From the NCBI RefSeq assembly GCF_964355755.1, contig NC_092671.1, forward strand, positions 36,652,304-36,716,303: a stretch of DNA of 64,000 nucleotides. Reading direction: 5' to 3'. Both the position numbers and the translations under genes were made by a program. Source of the stretch: Antedon mediterranea. Taxonomy: Eukaryota; Animalia; Echinodermata. How positions within the stretch are numbered: position 1 is the stretch's first letter; every line of letters starts with the position of its first letter. The notes beneath the pieces were generated by a model. The model was not told the DNA's origin. It saw nothing but the letters and a program-made list of their open reading frames with translations, and did no database searches. This document shows, piece by piece, positions 1 through 13,978 of the stretch.

Positions 1-140
1 GAAATTCCTATTTTATCATTTTATTTTTATCGATCAGAAATATTAAAAAAAGATGCTGCAAAATGTTCAATTACGGAATTGGCAAATCTGTAAAATAAAC
101 ATTTGAGTAATGTAATGTATGTTTTATTTATGTTATCTAA

Positions 141-285
141 AGCTTGGTCTATCAAACTTTACTGTATGTGAAAAAAAATTTGTGATGTGATATCACTACT
201 ATATTTGGATATATCACTACCAAATTTGGGCACATCACAGTTTGTTTGTTTTTTCCAAAAGTTTGATAGTGTAGACAAACCAGCT
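141..285. mobile_element. abundant MITE family M (TIR AGCTCTGTCTACACTATCAAACT)
   Basis: Degenerate TIRs plus 21-bp internal repeat atatcactaccatatttgggc. Confidence 0.75.
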
Positions 286-2432
286 TTAAGAAAAATGTTC
301 CTATATATACTTTGTATGTATACATTAGTTTCAATAATTTGTGCAAAATTTCCACAAATGCTCACATTTTGGAGTACAGTTTATACTTATAGATGTCTTT
401 TTATTCAATAGAAATTTACATTTCACAACATGTTTTGTGTCTAGGGAAAAATATATTAAATTGGATTTTAAAATTCTTGATTATAACATGAAAATGTTCA
501 ATATGTTGAATTATTAATCTGTATTTGGTTCATGTTGTTATTCATGATTTATAATAAAATGCATTTGATTGTTGAAAACATGCTGCAGCAACAATATCCA
601 TGTATATCTCAAGTGTGCTTGACCTTTCACCTTAATATGCAAATTCACATTTTGGATGAATTATATATTGTATGAAGCTATAATATTGAGATGAGATTTT
701 AGTAAACATTCTAAATTACAGTACATTATCTTAAATAGTATAGATGCTGAAAAATTATTATTAATTTTATGGTTCAGAATAAATCATTCTGCTCTTTTTA
801 CATGTCATCAACATTTGTAAGTCCTTTGGGTGAGATATTAAGCTGTTGGTCCCTTCTTTTTAAAACCCATTGTAAGAATAGGGTACTATGCTGTTTAAGG
901 GTCTATTTCTGTTGCATAGTGCCAAATAAGCCTCAGCTCAGCAATAACCGGTTAAATGGCGTTCCGACACCGAATTGAATGGGTGAATGGGGTTTTTTTT
1001 TTGCATGCCTTTTTTAACCGGTTACCACCAACATTTTCTGTTTCTGCTCCCAAGAAAATGGGGTTAATTTATGCAGCAGAAATAGGACCTAGGAATGTGT
1101 ACCACCTATATCTGTACTTTTAAAAGATTCTCTACCAGAGATAGCACTGTCTTCAATTACTTTAACATCTCATCTAGGATTTTATTGTTACAATGAATGA
1201 TTACCCATTCAGAAATGGTAGTATCATAATAATTGTTGTAACATTAATGACGTTCATAAAAATTTTCAAGGTACTCTAGTCTGCTGTAGTAAACTGTACT
1301 AGGCAAGATTTCTAATAACTTCAGTACATTTTTTACTATCTTTTTTCTAATGAGTTTTGCCTTGGGCCAAAGTTTGTTTCCTTGCATCTACGACAGTTGT
1401 TAGCTTTATATTTTAGTCCCTCATTTAAGCATGTACTGTACCTGTTTGGGTTTTACGTATAGTTGTGTATAACTATAATTAAATAGAGTTTTTATTTTTG
1501 TATGTACAATGTTCACGAAATAAAGAATAAATGAATGATCGAGAGCATGCTTTTCCAAACAAATTGAGGTAATTTTTGTGGTTATGTAAAAATGTTCAAA
1601 AAAGGGTACTGTATCAATATTATTTTTACACTGGCAGCCTGCTAAATCGGAACAAAGGGAACAACTTGGGTTGCGTACAGTAAATCAGTGGAGCCAAAAA
1701 ATATTTAATTTTATGAAGCAGTTATATTTTCTTTACCACTGGCCATTTGCAACTTAATCGCAATCTTTCATCAGGTTTCTTATGCCTTACATTATGGCCA
1801 ATTGGTCTGTTTGTTTTCTTAGGGTGGTCTTGGTTTATTGGTGGTGTTTCAACTGATGAGGATACTGTACTATAGAGGATAGGACTTTTTTAGTGTTATC
1901 TGGTTAGCAACGAAGGCATATTCCCTTACTTCGGTTTGAGTTTTTTTTGGCATGGTTGGAATTCCCTTTTTTCGTATTAGTTTATGTATAGTGCTTAGAG
2001 GTTTCACAAAATTAGACGCTATATAAATCCAAGATATTACGATTATTATTATTTGACATATCGGTAGAATCAATCTGTGATTAAAATATTATACAAGTTG
2101 TGTTTTTACATTTACATGTGCTGGCATTGCATCAGCGACGCCATAAAGTGACACTAATGTGACTACAGCCACTACACATTTGAAGTGGATTTTGTGTTGT
2201 CCTAAATAGACACATTTGTTTATCCTTAATACATTATTACTACTAGTTAATAAATATATTTACAATTAAACAAAATCTTTTAATAACTGAATATAACTTT
2301 ACACAGTCAAGTAAATACAAAATGTAAATTTCTTGAAGCCAAGATTATGTTTTGTAGAGCTCTTTACTTGAATCACAATCACAAAATGCTTTGTTTTATC
2401 AAATGTATCAATTAGGTTACATATTATTTCAG

Positions 2433-2575
2433 GTACAGGTTACTCCTCAACAGCAAGAGAATCCTGGGACCATGACTCCGGAGCACGGGATCTGAGTCCG
2501 GAACCAGGAACATGCATGCAGAAAGGAGGAGATGGAAGCAGAAAGTGTGCAAAATATCTTGACATGGCCAACAGA
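2433..2575 (+). CDS. MCC: MCC-like protein, internal coding exon of the long isoform (phase 1 to 0)
   Basis: ttcAG acceptor at 2431-2432, donor AGA|gtaagt. Translates (G)TGYSSTARESWDHDSGARDLSPEPG...KYLDMANR, matching recalled vertebrate MCC ARESWEYDSGARDL...YLELANT. Confidence 0.88.
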
Positions 2576-2617
2576 GTAAGTAATTATCAAATCAACTAAC
2601 ATTAATCTAGTGTTCTA

Positions 2618-2752
2618 AGCTCTGTCTACACTATCAAACTGTATCTGACAAAAATATGTGATGTGCCCATATATGGACATGGTGATGTCATATCACTACC
2701 ATATTTGGGCATATCACTACCATATTTGGGCATATCACTACCATATTTGGGC
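2618..2752. mobile_element. MITE family M, 3'-truncated
   Basis: Left TIR plus three 21-bp repeats. Confidence 0.8.
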
Positions 2753-2769
2753 AATAAATGTACAGTAGA

Positions 2770-3020
2770 AAACCATCCTGCAACGCCTACGTACTAGGCC
2801 TGGTCTGAATTGCACACAAGTGTGTCTGATCAACTTCTTTCTGAATAGTCCCATTGTTTTGTGCACCTGACAACCAGCTATCATTTGTCTGTGCATAGCA
2901 GGGGCTTCGATCAACACCAACACTTGGTTATCTCCCCTACTCTTCTGAATCTGAATCCTTTTCAAGTGTACAGTTAGATGTGTATACTGGACCTAAAGGC
3001 CAAAGTCCATATTCTTAAAC
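2770..3020 (-). mobile_element. diverged Deu-like SINE fragment
   Basis: Reverse complement contains taggtccagtatacacatcta...gaagagtagggg, matching 6915-6985. Confidence 0.5.
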
Positions 3021-4809
3021 GCGTTCCCATGATGCAACAGAAGCAGGTATAATCATATACTATATCATTTTACATTTAGGTATGAATACAAAAGCTGTCA
3101 TAAAAACAAGAAACCAACAATAAATATGTTTTTTTTCTCAAAATACTATTGTGTGGACTTGGGCCCTTCTTATCCAGATATTCAATTAAGTACCCATCTA
3201 CTCTAGTTCCATCTACTCTGAAAGCAGTCTCATATCTGTTAAAATATTTTAACAAAACATTTGTAGCAGGGCTTGGGCTGACATAGATTTGAAACTTTTC
3301 TTTAATTTGAAAAAAAAAAAAAATACCCAAAAAACAATATCAGTAATGTATAAATAGAAACTAATTCAACAAATGTGAAACCTAATTTTCGGCAGAAAAA
3401 AAAATTGTAATGAATTCTTAAGAGTAATTGATTGATATTTGCCATTGGCTAAACCAAATCCGTCCCGGAATTCATTATTCTTTAATGTCACCATCTCCTC
3501 TGGGAATGGTATTTCTTAAATTAGTAAGAGCTGAGAAACAGATATGAACGTGTTATAAAGATCTTTCTTGAAATGAGGAGAGCGGCGGAAGCAGTTGAAT
3601 GCTCGTGTCGACATCAAGGGAACTAGTTTATATGCGAATGCGAAAATTGTTAGAGAGTTAAATAGTAACAGATACGTTTTAGGAGAAGTAGTGCAGTGCA
3701 CGCTAATCATGTTTGTAGGATATAAGAAAATTGTATTTAGAAAGTGCATTTAACCTTATTTTCTGTTCACATATTCAAGCCTAGTTTTCAACAACTTGAA
3801 ACTGCATGAAAATGGATGTATACAATATTGTATCCCTTGGTGTGAGATACACCCCAGATAAGGCTCTACCAAAGATTAGGTTATACTGTGTAGGATATCC
3901 TACGCAAAAGGTTTGCTAATAACATACCAAATACCTGGGCTTATATCTACTGTGACGGGTTTAAACCAAGGATAGGCTTGTATCAGTGGCTGTAACCTGT
4001 TTCTGTAACTATAGGCCTGTTCCTAAATTCCTTTGAACTGGGAAAAAAACAGGTTGTCTGACCTTTTTTATTTGATAATAACGTGCATATAAAATTATTT
4101 TATTACAAGATTAAACTGTTTTTCTTCAAAAACAGAATATTTATATAACACTGTGATAACCGGCCTACATTCCATGTTAAATTTGCTGTTTCTGTCAATA
4201 TTCTGTACTTTATTATTGAGACGTTATACATTTAAATCCGATGTCGCCCGTTAAACTTACCCTATATATGTGTTCCCATTCCTTAAAGAGATTCAAAACA
4301 CAATATAAGAAATGAAGGTTCAAAGAATTTTGTCTATTACTGAGAATTCAAACAACTGTGGCATCATTTATGATAAATGATAAATTGCGAACAAAAGTTG
4401 CACAGGATGTAAAAATAGACAGATAATAAATATCAAGTTATAAATATGAAATTCATAATCCACATGTTGAAAAAAAATACAAATCTTATCCATGCAAAGT
4501 TATGAACCTGTAAATGCCTTGATAATAATAAAGATTTATTTATTATATTAGATTAATCATATATTTCAATTTAGAACACTAAAACTCTTCATAAAAAAAA
4601 AATGTGATTCTTGTAGTGAGCCCTCTATATTGAGAAAATTTGTAAAATAGCACCCTCTATAGTTTTGTATACAGTGTTACTGTATCTTATTCTGAAGCTG
4701 TAAACCTTAATTTAATTTATTACATTCTATTGTACAGATTTTTTAAGGATGATAATTTTTTTTTAAAGTATAATAATGAATGAAAAGAATGAATGAATGA
4801 ATATTTATT

Positions 4810-5700
4810 TTGACCAAAAATTGGGTCAAAACAAGATTATTTACCTGAGAAAACAGTAATTTAAAACACATAATGTAATAGTCAAATTGTCTGTCAGACA
4901 ATGCATTTTTTGGTTAAAGACCCCTTCCCTGCAATTTTGGACGTTTTTTGGAAAATAATACATATATATCACTTTAAAAACATTAAACCATGTCATTCCT
5001 TGTCTTAAATGTACGTTTTATGGTAAATTATGATAAAAAGTGAGAAACAATGCACTACCTAAGTAGCTCGCGGCGATCGACCTCTCGTGGACGGTCTCAG
5101 GCCTAGCCTAGCTAGGCTTAGTTTTGTAGGCCTAGCTGGTAAACATCGGTAACGTACGAACATCGTACGCTAGCTATATACCTAGCCTGACGTTGTATAG
5201 TTGCTACATTAATTGTCTTTCTATTTTTGCCAGACTCCGTTGATACAAATTGGGGAAAACCCGGTATTTTCGCTGAAAAGTTAGGAGTCTTCCATTTGTT
5301 TTGGCTTCACGATCGATCGAAAAGTGGGCGAATTACAGGTGAAAAACAACAATATCAATCCGCGCGCAATGCATTTTGGGATTTATAGCGGGCCGCTATA
5401 ATTATTAAAATCGATTTATTTTTCACATTTTTAACCGTTTAAAGACGAAAAAAGTTATCGCAATAGGACCATATAGTATTATTTTTACATTAAATATAGT
5501 TTGTGATCTTAAATTAGATCTAAAAAACGTAGGGAATGGGGCTTTAAATTTGTTGGCTTTTTATAAGTGAAATCATTTTTTTCCCATTTTGTTTTCTTAT
5601 GGAAGTGAATAACTTCATTAATACTGCAAAATGGCCTATTCAACATCTGATTTTATAAATCTTTATTTTTCATGATTTTTGGGGGACAATACATCTTTAA
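4810..5700. mobile_element. Kolobok-like MITE family B copy interrupted by family A
   Basis: Both flanks of 4918-5543 align to 32900-33233; ends GGGGGACAATACATCT|TTAA. Confidence 0.72.
4918..5543. mobile_element. non-autonomous DNA transposon, Kolobok-like family A, copy 1 (nested in a family B copy)
   Basis: TTAA at 4914-4917 and 5544-5547; imperfect TIR AGACCCCTTCCCT / AGGGAATGGGGCT. Reverse-complement copy at 38542-39163. Confidence 0.85.
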
Positions 5701-6034
5701 CTTTTTTACTTTTTACCTAGTTTTTGTTGAATCTAGTAGAATTTTACATTTCGTTTTATTATTTGTAAGATTACTAATCTATAGTAAATCTAACATTACA
5801 ATACCAAATCTCACGATGGTATTAAAAACAAATCAAACTCGGTCATGTTGATAATAATACCGATGCTGGACTCCAGAGAACCAAAATCAGTCAAGCGTTG
5901 CAAAGTACAATCAAGCACGTCACAACATTCTGACCAGTGGCCTACTTTTTCAAGTTTCTTTTTATTACATGATAACATATTATGTCTGGACATTAATGGC
6001 TCACTGATTATAGGTGCATTTTAAGCATTTAAGA

Positions 6035-6347
6035 GGGCGTGTGGCGCAGTGTGTTAGATGTTTGACTACTGATCGTGAGATCAAGGTTCGAATCCAACTC
6101 TCGTCGCATTGCTTGCATCCTTTAGGCAAGATACTTAACTTACGTTTGCCTCTCTCCACCCAGGTGTATAAATGGGAACCCGGTTAGATCAAGACACAAC
6201 TTTGTGCTGATTACTAGCTGCATTATGGGAGTATGTTTCCATACGTGTTTGACAAAAAAAATGACTGGGGTAATAATGTTCAGCGCTTAGAGGTTTCACA
6301 ACATAAGGCGCTATATAAATCCAGGATATTATTATTATTATTATTAT
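6035..6347 (+). mobile_element. tRNA-derived SINE with CORE-like body and L2-like tail
   Basis: A box TGGCGCAGTG, B box GGTTCGAATCC, body ggcaagatacttaac...tgtataaatggg, tail agcgcttagag...gcgctatataaat(ATT)n. The same tail occurs at ~1990-2050. Confidence 0.8.
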
Positions 6348-6779
6348 AATGCTGTATGGTAGTTTCACTAGCTTTAGTACATACATACATTGTGCATGAG
6401 ATAAAATTCCATGTTTTTTCACCTGACGTTATTCGTATACAATAATTCAGAAATCAACCTTTTTTGCAAATTAACAAATTAAATTTGCTGTATACCTGTA
6501 GGTATGCAAGGGTATTGCTAAACACTGCAAACCACACAGCAAACCTAAAAAAAAAACCATCGCAAACCCCATCGAATTTCGATGGGGTTAGCTTTTTTTT
6601 TGGGAGGTTTGCGCTGTTTTTTAATTATTGAAAAAAAAAATGCAATTTAAAATAAAATATAAAAAGGCCATACCAAGTGTGTAGTAACCTGTATCTAAAC
6701 TAAAACTATATTATTAACCAACAATAATAAATATATTTTAGAAATTATTTCTTAAAAGTTTTAATGGTCATTTAGCTTG

Positions 6780-7095
6780 AGTGTGAGTGAGTGGCCGAGC
6801 AGTTAAGACAGTGGAACCATAATTACGTAGCCATAACATCGGCAGGGGTTCGAGGCTCACTCACTCCATGGTTCTGGTGGTAGAACAAGTCTTCTCGGAT
6901 AAGGACTATAAACCGTAGGTCCAGTGTACACATCTAGTTTGTGTGCACTTTAAAGAACCTAGTACGTCTTTCGAGACGAGTAGGGTGTTACCCCGGTGTA
7001 TTAGTATATCACAGCCACTGATCACCAACTGGGCCTTCTGGGAGACCAGTCCTTGACTGAAGAGGTTACCCAGTATAAATATATATTTCAATCAA
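6780..7095 (+). mobile_element. tRNA-derived SINE with Deu-like domain
   Basis: A box TGGCCGAGCAG, B box GGTTCGAGGC, body ggataaggactataaaccgtaggtcc...cactttaaagaacc...gagtaggg. ttagctt on both sides is a putative TSD. Confidence 0.8.
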
Positions 7096-7643
7096 TTAGC
7101 TTACCTTAACATACTAGTTTGATAGAATAATAATATTACCATTTTTTTTTTAGGTATGCAAAACAACATAATGAATAAATAGATTTTACGAAATTATTTC
7201 TTATAAGTTATGTTTTAATGGTCATTTGATGTCATAATGAATTCCAATACAATACTAGCTTGCTAGAATAATATTATTAATGGCCCAAGGACCTAAATAT
7301 TTCAATAGTCATTTTAATACATTGGTCATTTATCATTTTTCATTTGTTGGCTAGTTGTGGATCAATAGTTAGCTAATGATTCTTGTACAAGTCTAATGAG
7401 GACATAATCAATGGTCAGTTTGTGATTACACAGCTGGACAAACACCTTGGATGCGCTGCATGAATTCAACATTTTATCTTTAGAAACAACAATCATTACG
7501 TACTGCTAAAATTCTCCTTTAATTGATGATTATAAAGTATAGAGTTAAAATTTATTTTCATATTTCATACTGGCTAATTTAAAGATGGGAAACCTATGCT
7601 TTCAATAAACCAAGTCTCATATTATTACATTGTTAAAAATATA

Positions 7644-7745
7644 AGTTTGACAAAAAAATACCAAATATGGTAGTGATATGCCCAAATATAGTAGAGATAT
7701 GACATATTTTTTTGTCACATAAAGTTTGATAGTGTAGACAGAACT
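7644..7745. mobile_element. MITE family M, partial
   Basis: Right TIR gtttgatagtgtagacaga plus internal repeats. Confidence 0.75.
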
Positions 7746-8961
7746 TTAGGTAGTGGCGCTGTTTGACCATCAAAAAGGTCTTGTGAATTGTGACAGGATT
7801 TGAACCAATGACATTAGGATTAGGAAGCAAGCCACTGTACCACTACTAATATGCAGCAAAGTCAAATGTGAATGTACTTTATTCCATTGGGATCGTTAGA
7901 GGGAATCGAACCATGCATACATCGGTCTTCGCGGTTAAATGCACACATCATAACTTCAAAGTTTTTACCATCTGCTTTAGATGAAGTTATCAACCTTAAT
8001 ATGCTTTTAATACAATCTAATCATAATTAATATGTAATAATCCAATTATTTCATCTTTAAATTAACATTCGTTTAATGATTTAGCAGCTGGTGGGGTAAT
8101 TATGGTATCTTTGCGGCCGATTTTGAAGGTTTTTTCCTTATCAGTTATCTCCCATGGAAGGATGCTGTTTCAGAAATTGATTAAAGAATCTCGCTTTGCT
8201 GGCAGCAAGCAAACTCTATTGACATACATTAACTGTATGGTACATAAACATCATTAACAAGAAAGTATTTTGATAAAACGAAATGCATTTAGCAGTGATG
8301 TTATTCGGTGTTGAGATGAAAGCTGCATTTGCTAATTGGAGTTCATAACCTTAAATAATCGTCTTAGACTTGTGAAAGGTATGTACGGAGTGAGTAATAA
8401 CTTTTAATTGAAGTTTTAACAAGTTTTGTCTTGAAGAAACGATAATTATCATGAATTTGAGGCAGTATATGTCGCTAATAGCCAACCTGTATTCTGAGAA
8501 CATACCTAGTAAGGGGACATTTTGTTGGGTCCAAAAGATGTACATATTTCTATGGGTTGTACTGTCTCAAACCTCTTGTTCAAATTAGTTTTACTAGTCT
8601 TATCCAAACATTTTCTTCCCTTCCTACTGTATCTTTCTCCCTCTCTCTTCCCATCTGTTCCCTTATGTTTGGATTTAGGCTAATACTATTTTGTATCAAT
8701 TGAGATCCAGCCACACACATGTACCAGTAATCATACAATGTTGTAGACAAGCAAGAACAGGTTGACATTTCCTGATTCCCATTTATCATACCAAAGTTAT
8801 CCTGGACTATTGGAATTAATGCAAGTAGCAATTATCCATCCCGTCTGACCGTCTCCTAAGGGATTATTCTAAAAATAGGTTAACATAAAGGTTAAAGTAA
8901 TTGTCATTATTTTGTGATGTAATTAACAACCAAAAGTTAAAAAACTTATTTTTAAAGCTTA

Positions 8962-9101
8962 AGCTCTGTATACACTATCAAACTAGTTTGACGACAAAAA
9001 AAAGGTGTGATGTGCCTACCCAAATATGGTAGTGATATGACATCATCATGTTCATGGGCACATCACATTTTTCTGTCAAGTTTGATAGTGCAGACAGAGC
9101 T
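8962..9101. mobile_element. MITE family M, full
   Basis: Both TIRs, TTA TSD. Confidence 0.85.
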
Positions 9102-10816
9102 TTAGGATATTTTAAACAATTACTTATTTTGTACTGTTATGTATTTAGTCACAGTACAGTTTTAAAGGGTGAGTTCTACAGTGTCTGAAAAACAGACCAG
9201 AACAAAAAGTTAGCCTTTACCAAACCCATCAACTACACACATACTTGCAATGGTTTTTATAGACAACTAGACAAAAGAATGGAATTATGATAGTTAAATG
9301 AAAAATAAAGCAACAATGATATGAATGAAACTTGCGGTAAAAATATCTACAACCTAAACTCAAACGGTTTTTATAGACAACAACAACTAGACGAAAGTGG
9401 CCTGGAAAATTAGAAATTTATGAAAAGATAGGCACATTACACATTACTGTTATTATCAAGACACCTATTTAGAAATAATTACAGAAGAAATTTAAAACGC
9501 CTTGTGATTCATTCATATATCAGGTGTGTTCACATTGCTCATTCGTTAGTCATCGATATAATGATACACTTATCTTGATTGTGTTACATGTATATAATTT
9601 CATCCACTATGCCTCCAGGTATTTTCTAAAATTATTTATGAAATCATAACATCACATCACTTAGTTATTTTGTGGATTGATTGATTGAAATTGAAAATAA
9701 GATTTTGGAATAAAGTCATACTGTGATTAAAAAGTAACACAAAATAATAAGAAAGTATATTATCATTATGTTGATATTATTTTTGCAGTACACCACGTTT
9801 ATTTGATTCTGAAAAGAACAGTTTTTTTAAAAATGTTATACTACTGATCGTCCTCAAGAGTGAGAATGCAGAAAGGCCAGGAAAGGAGGAATATAAGTGA
9901 AATTGGGTGGGACTGGTGTGAAAGCTAAAAATATTAATTTAGTACTATATTATATATTTAATACAGTTTTACATTTTGTACCAGCAAAACTGAAACGTAT
10001 GATTTTGTCTAGAATGTAATTAATACCCATAATTCTGCAATATCTAATGTTCTTTTTACACTCAAACTTTATGGCTTGTAGAAGAAAAAAGCTCAAGATA
10101 TTTTTAATACAGTACCTCAAATGTTTGTTTGTGGGTATTTTTACTGCATAATTTTCCTTCTACTGTAAATGTAAAGAAACGAAATGTTTTTTTATTGATT
10201 ATTTCCAACAAAGCAATTTATCATATTGCATATATAATATTATAAAAAATTATTTTGGAACTATTTGTTCAGAGTCCTTATTGTGCTGAATTGGTACATA
10301 TTTTTAGAGGCTACACACCAGGGACCTATTTCTGTGGCTAGACCAGCATTTTATTGTATCCGTCTGTCTAAGAATGGAATTATGATGATGGGATAATTGA
10401 ATGGATTGCTTTCCACATCATGGTCATGTTCAAAGTTGTTTCTAAATGCAGACCAAGGTTGCACCAGTTGGTGCAAAAAAACCCAAAAGTAGAATTTATA
10501 CAAAAGAAACAATTCAATTAGAAAACCGTTAATGCTGTAATAATAGATTTCAAGGATTCTGTGGAATGCAAGGTTTCATAGTGTCTAACAAACTCATTTG
10601 TGCTTTATATAAAAAATAAAGAAAATCAAAAACCCAGCAACAATTATATTACAGTGCTATTGACTTCATGTCCTCCATGAGGTAGAAATATATCCAACTT
10701 AAGCTCGAACACAAATTTTCCACTTTATATGTAGACATCCTATCATTAGGCCACCGGCGCTTTTCAGTATGCCAGATAGGGTATGAAAAAAGTCAATTTG
10801 AACATTCAATATTAAA

Positions 10817-10974
10817 TGTCTACACTATCAAACTTTGTGAAAAAAAAATGTGTTGTGCCCATATATGGAAATGATGATGTCATATCATTACCATATTAGA
10901 ACATATCACTACCATATTAGAATACTGTATATCACTACCATATTTGGGCATGGTTTGATAGTGTAGACAGAGCT
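10817..10974. mobile_element. MITE family M
   Basis: Both TIRs (left eroded), internal repeats. Confidence 0.8.
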
Positions 10975-11539
10975 TTATTTTTTATTTGTCTGGGGACAAA
11001 ATATTTACAGTAAACTATTCCGTCTGAATTAATCTTCTTCAAATTTCATATGGATCAATCTTACTTGATTCCTTACGGATCAAGATTTGATTCCATCCGG
11101 AACGAGACTTGCTTGAAGCAATGTAAGATATATTGCGTTAAAATTGTTATTGATTTAAGGGCAAAAGGATGAGTAGAGTTTCTCTTGAGAGTTGTTACAT
11201 TCTTTAATTAAATTTCATAGAAGAAGTAGCATAGTTAGTTGTACTTAAATTGACTGCAATGAAGGAAAATGAAACGACCACCAGGAAGACCAAAAGAAAC
11301 TGGATAAACCAAATAAAAAAGGTTTAAAGGGAAAAAATGTAGACTTTAGCACAACCATCCTGTCCTAAACAGAAAAATATGGAAACAAATTGTGGAAACC
11401 GTAATGTCTAAATGACAGAAAACGTTTCAATAGAGAGATTGACTGTGAAGGAGGAGCTAACAAGTTCTTGCTAGTGTAGATAAGCTTATGCTTATTTAAA
11501 ATTAAATTAATGCTTATTTAAAATTAAATTGTATACTAT

Positions 11540-11905
11540 TGTAGAAAAAAAGGCAAAATGATTGAAAAACATTTTAATATTTTGTAGGCATGGATTAGTA
11601 AGGCCACTAATATCACATGCCTAAAATGTTTTATACATGAACAATTACAATTTATATAATTATTATAGAAAAAAGGCAAAATGATTAAAAAACATTTTAA
11701 TGTTTTGTATATATGGGTTAATAAGGCTACTAAACATCACATGCCTAAAGGGTTTTATACATGAACAATTACAATTTATATATTATTATTATGGAAAAAA
11801 GGCAAAATGGTTGAAAAACATTTAAATATTTTTTAGGTAAAATTTAATAAGGCCACTAAACATCACAGGCCTAAAAAGTTGTTATACATGAACAATTACA
11901 ATATA
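11540..11905. repeat. tandem repeat, ~125-bp unit x3
   Basis: gaaaaaaggcaaaatg...tatacatgaacaattacaat recurs three times. Confidence 0.85.
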
Positions 11906-13216
11906 GAGTGCTGTTATAGTGCATTGAATTGTGCAGTATTGACATAAACTCAGGTGAATGGATGGTATTACTACATCTGAAGGGCAATTGTGGATTTACC
12001 TTACAATTGCTAAACAGGTAGTAAAACACAATCTAAATTATCACACCTTTTAATTCATAATCAATTCCGTTGCTCTGAAATCTACCGGTAGTCATTGCAC
12101 AAGGCAACACGCCTCAAATCAACCTAAATATTATTATCAATCGTTGGCGAATTGATTATTCTTGTCTTGGAACTGACAGATCCAGTGACATAGAAGTCGT
12201 GTCCCGGAAGAAGAAAAGTTTATTCTTGAAGTCATAGTCGGCTAGTTCTTCACAAAGATGCACTCATAACACAATATTATTTTAGTGTCGCAGCTAATTG
12301 AACAAAGACGGTTTTGAGTGACTTTTTTTGCATTAGCCTCGGGCTAAGCACTGGATTCGCTCATGTTTGAATTATTCACCCTCGAGGATATTATTTATTT
12401 GAAGATAGTATTTATGTATAAGGATGTTATGATCTTAAATTGAGATCTTTTGTACTGCCGACACTTATGCAAGTGCTTGAATAGATTGCTGAAGGAAGGT
12501 ACTCAACTGTCATGTTGGTAAAGGTGTATAGTATACTAAAAGAGATTATCTTCTACTGTACAACATTGGATGAATTATTACACCACCCATGTGGTTCTAT
12601 TAGAAGAAAATGAATATATAAATACTTGTGTATTGCGTTTGTATCAGGTTGACAGAAACATAAGCTATTCTCGTTCTTAGAAACCGTACACTCGTCCAAT
12701 GCTGCTAAGGGATTTCACTTGTAATTGATTTCAAAGCAAAATCCTTTCATTGAATGTCTATATATCTGCCTTTGTGGATTTCAATACTCTTTCGATTGTC
12801 ACCAGTGATAATACTACTACTCTGCAAGCATGTTGATGTTAAGAAAGAAAAAAGTAAGTATGCTATTAATTGTAGAAATATGTGCTTAACCATTTTTGCA
12901 GCTTGCGGTTTTTATGGTTCTTTTAAAACTTTTTTAATGTGAATGCAGCACCAGTAGCCTGGATATGTCATTCTTAATTATATTTGGAGCAGTCCATGTG
13001 TTCTATTGATTTACCAACCTGTACATGAACAATATACTATAGTAGGCTTACAACAATATTAATGGTATTTCAAAACGTTTTATTTTCAATTTTATTGAGG
13101 ATGTTTCAGATGGGTTTAAAGTGTAAAATCAGTATGTATTACCTTGACAAATATTTTATTTAAACAGCAGTAGTAGAGGGAATACTTGCCCGACTCCAGT
13201 CAAGTTTAAAATCTTC

Positions 13217-13785
13217 CAAGTATAAAGTCCGGTCATCTCGTTACCCCATCACTCCCAAATCACAACCCCTCCATGACAGTTTTTAAATGTAGTTTAACCT
13301 TCTCACCCAGTACAAAGTCCAATTATCTTGTTACCCTAAAACTCCCTACCCACAACCCCTCTGTGGTACTGTAGTTTTCATATGTAGTTTCAAACCTTAC
13401 CAGTACAAAGTCCAATTATCTTGCTACCCTAATACTCCCTACCCACAACCCCTCTGTGGTACTGTAGTTTTCATATGTAGTTTCAAACCTTACCAGTACA
13501 AAGTCCAATTATCTTGCTACCCTAATACTCCCTACCCACAACCCCTCTGTGGTACTGTAGTTTTCATATATAGTTTCAAACCTTACCAGTACAAAGTCCA
13601 ATTATCTTGCTACCCTAATACTCTCTACCCACAACCCCTCTGTGGTACTGTAGTTTTCATATATAGTTTCAAACCTTACCAGTACAAAGTCCAATTATCT
13701 TGCTACCCTAATACTCCCTACCCACAACCCCTCCGTGGTACTGTAGTTTTCATATATAGTTTCAAACCTTACCAGTACAAAGTCC
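13217..13785. repeat. tandem repeat, 93-bp unit x5 plus one degenerate unit
   Basis: cagtacaaagtcc at 13308, 13401, 13494, 13587, 13680 and 13773. Confidence 0.95.
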
Positions 13786-13978
13786 TGTCATGTTTAGATA
13801 TTAAAATAGATGTAGAAAAGGTGCCAGAATTTCATACTTTACAGAGGAATTTATTCTTCCTACTTAAATTACAGTACTTTCAATTTTAACTGAAAATAAA
13901 CCAAAACAAACCTAATTTCACATCATTTTTAAATGTTGTACCAAAAACCAATACTTTATGTTAAAATATTGACATAAA

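Noticed and set aside
3355-3750. CpG-richer island, possible transposon or promoter
   Set aside because: No TIR, TSD, second copy or meaningful ORF could be identified by eye.
13308-13785. CRISPR-like periodic array
   Set aside because: The entire 93-bp unit repeats; there are no unique spacers.
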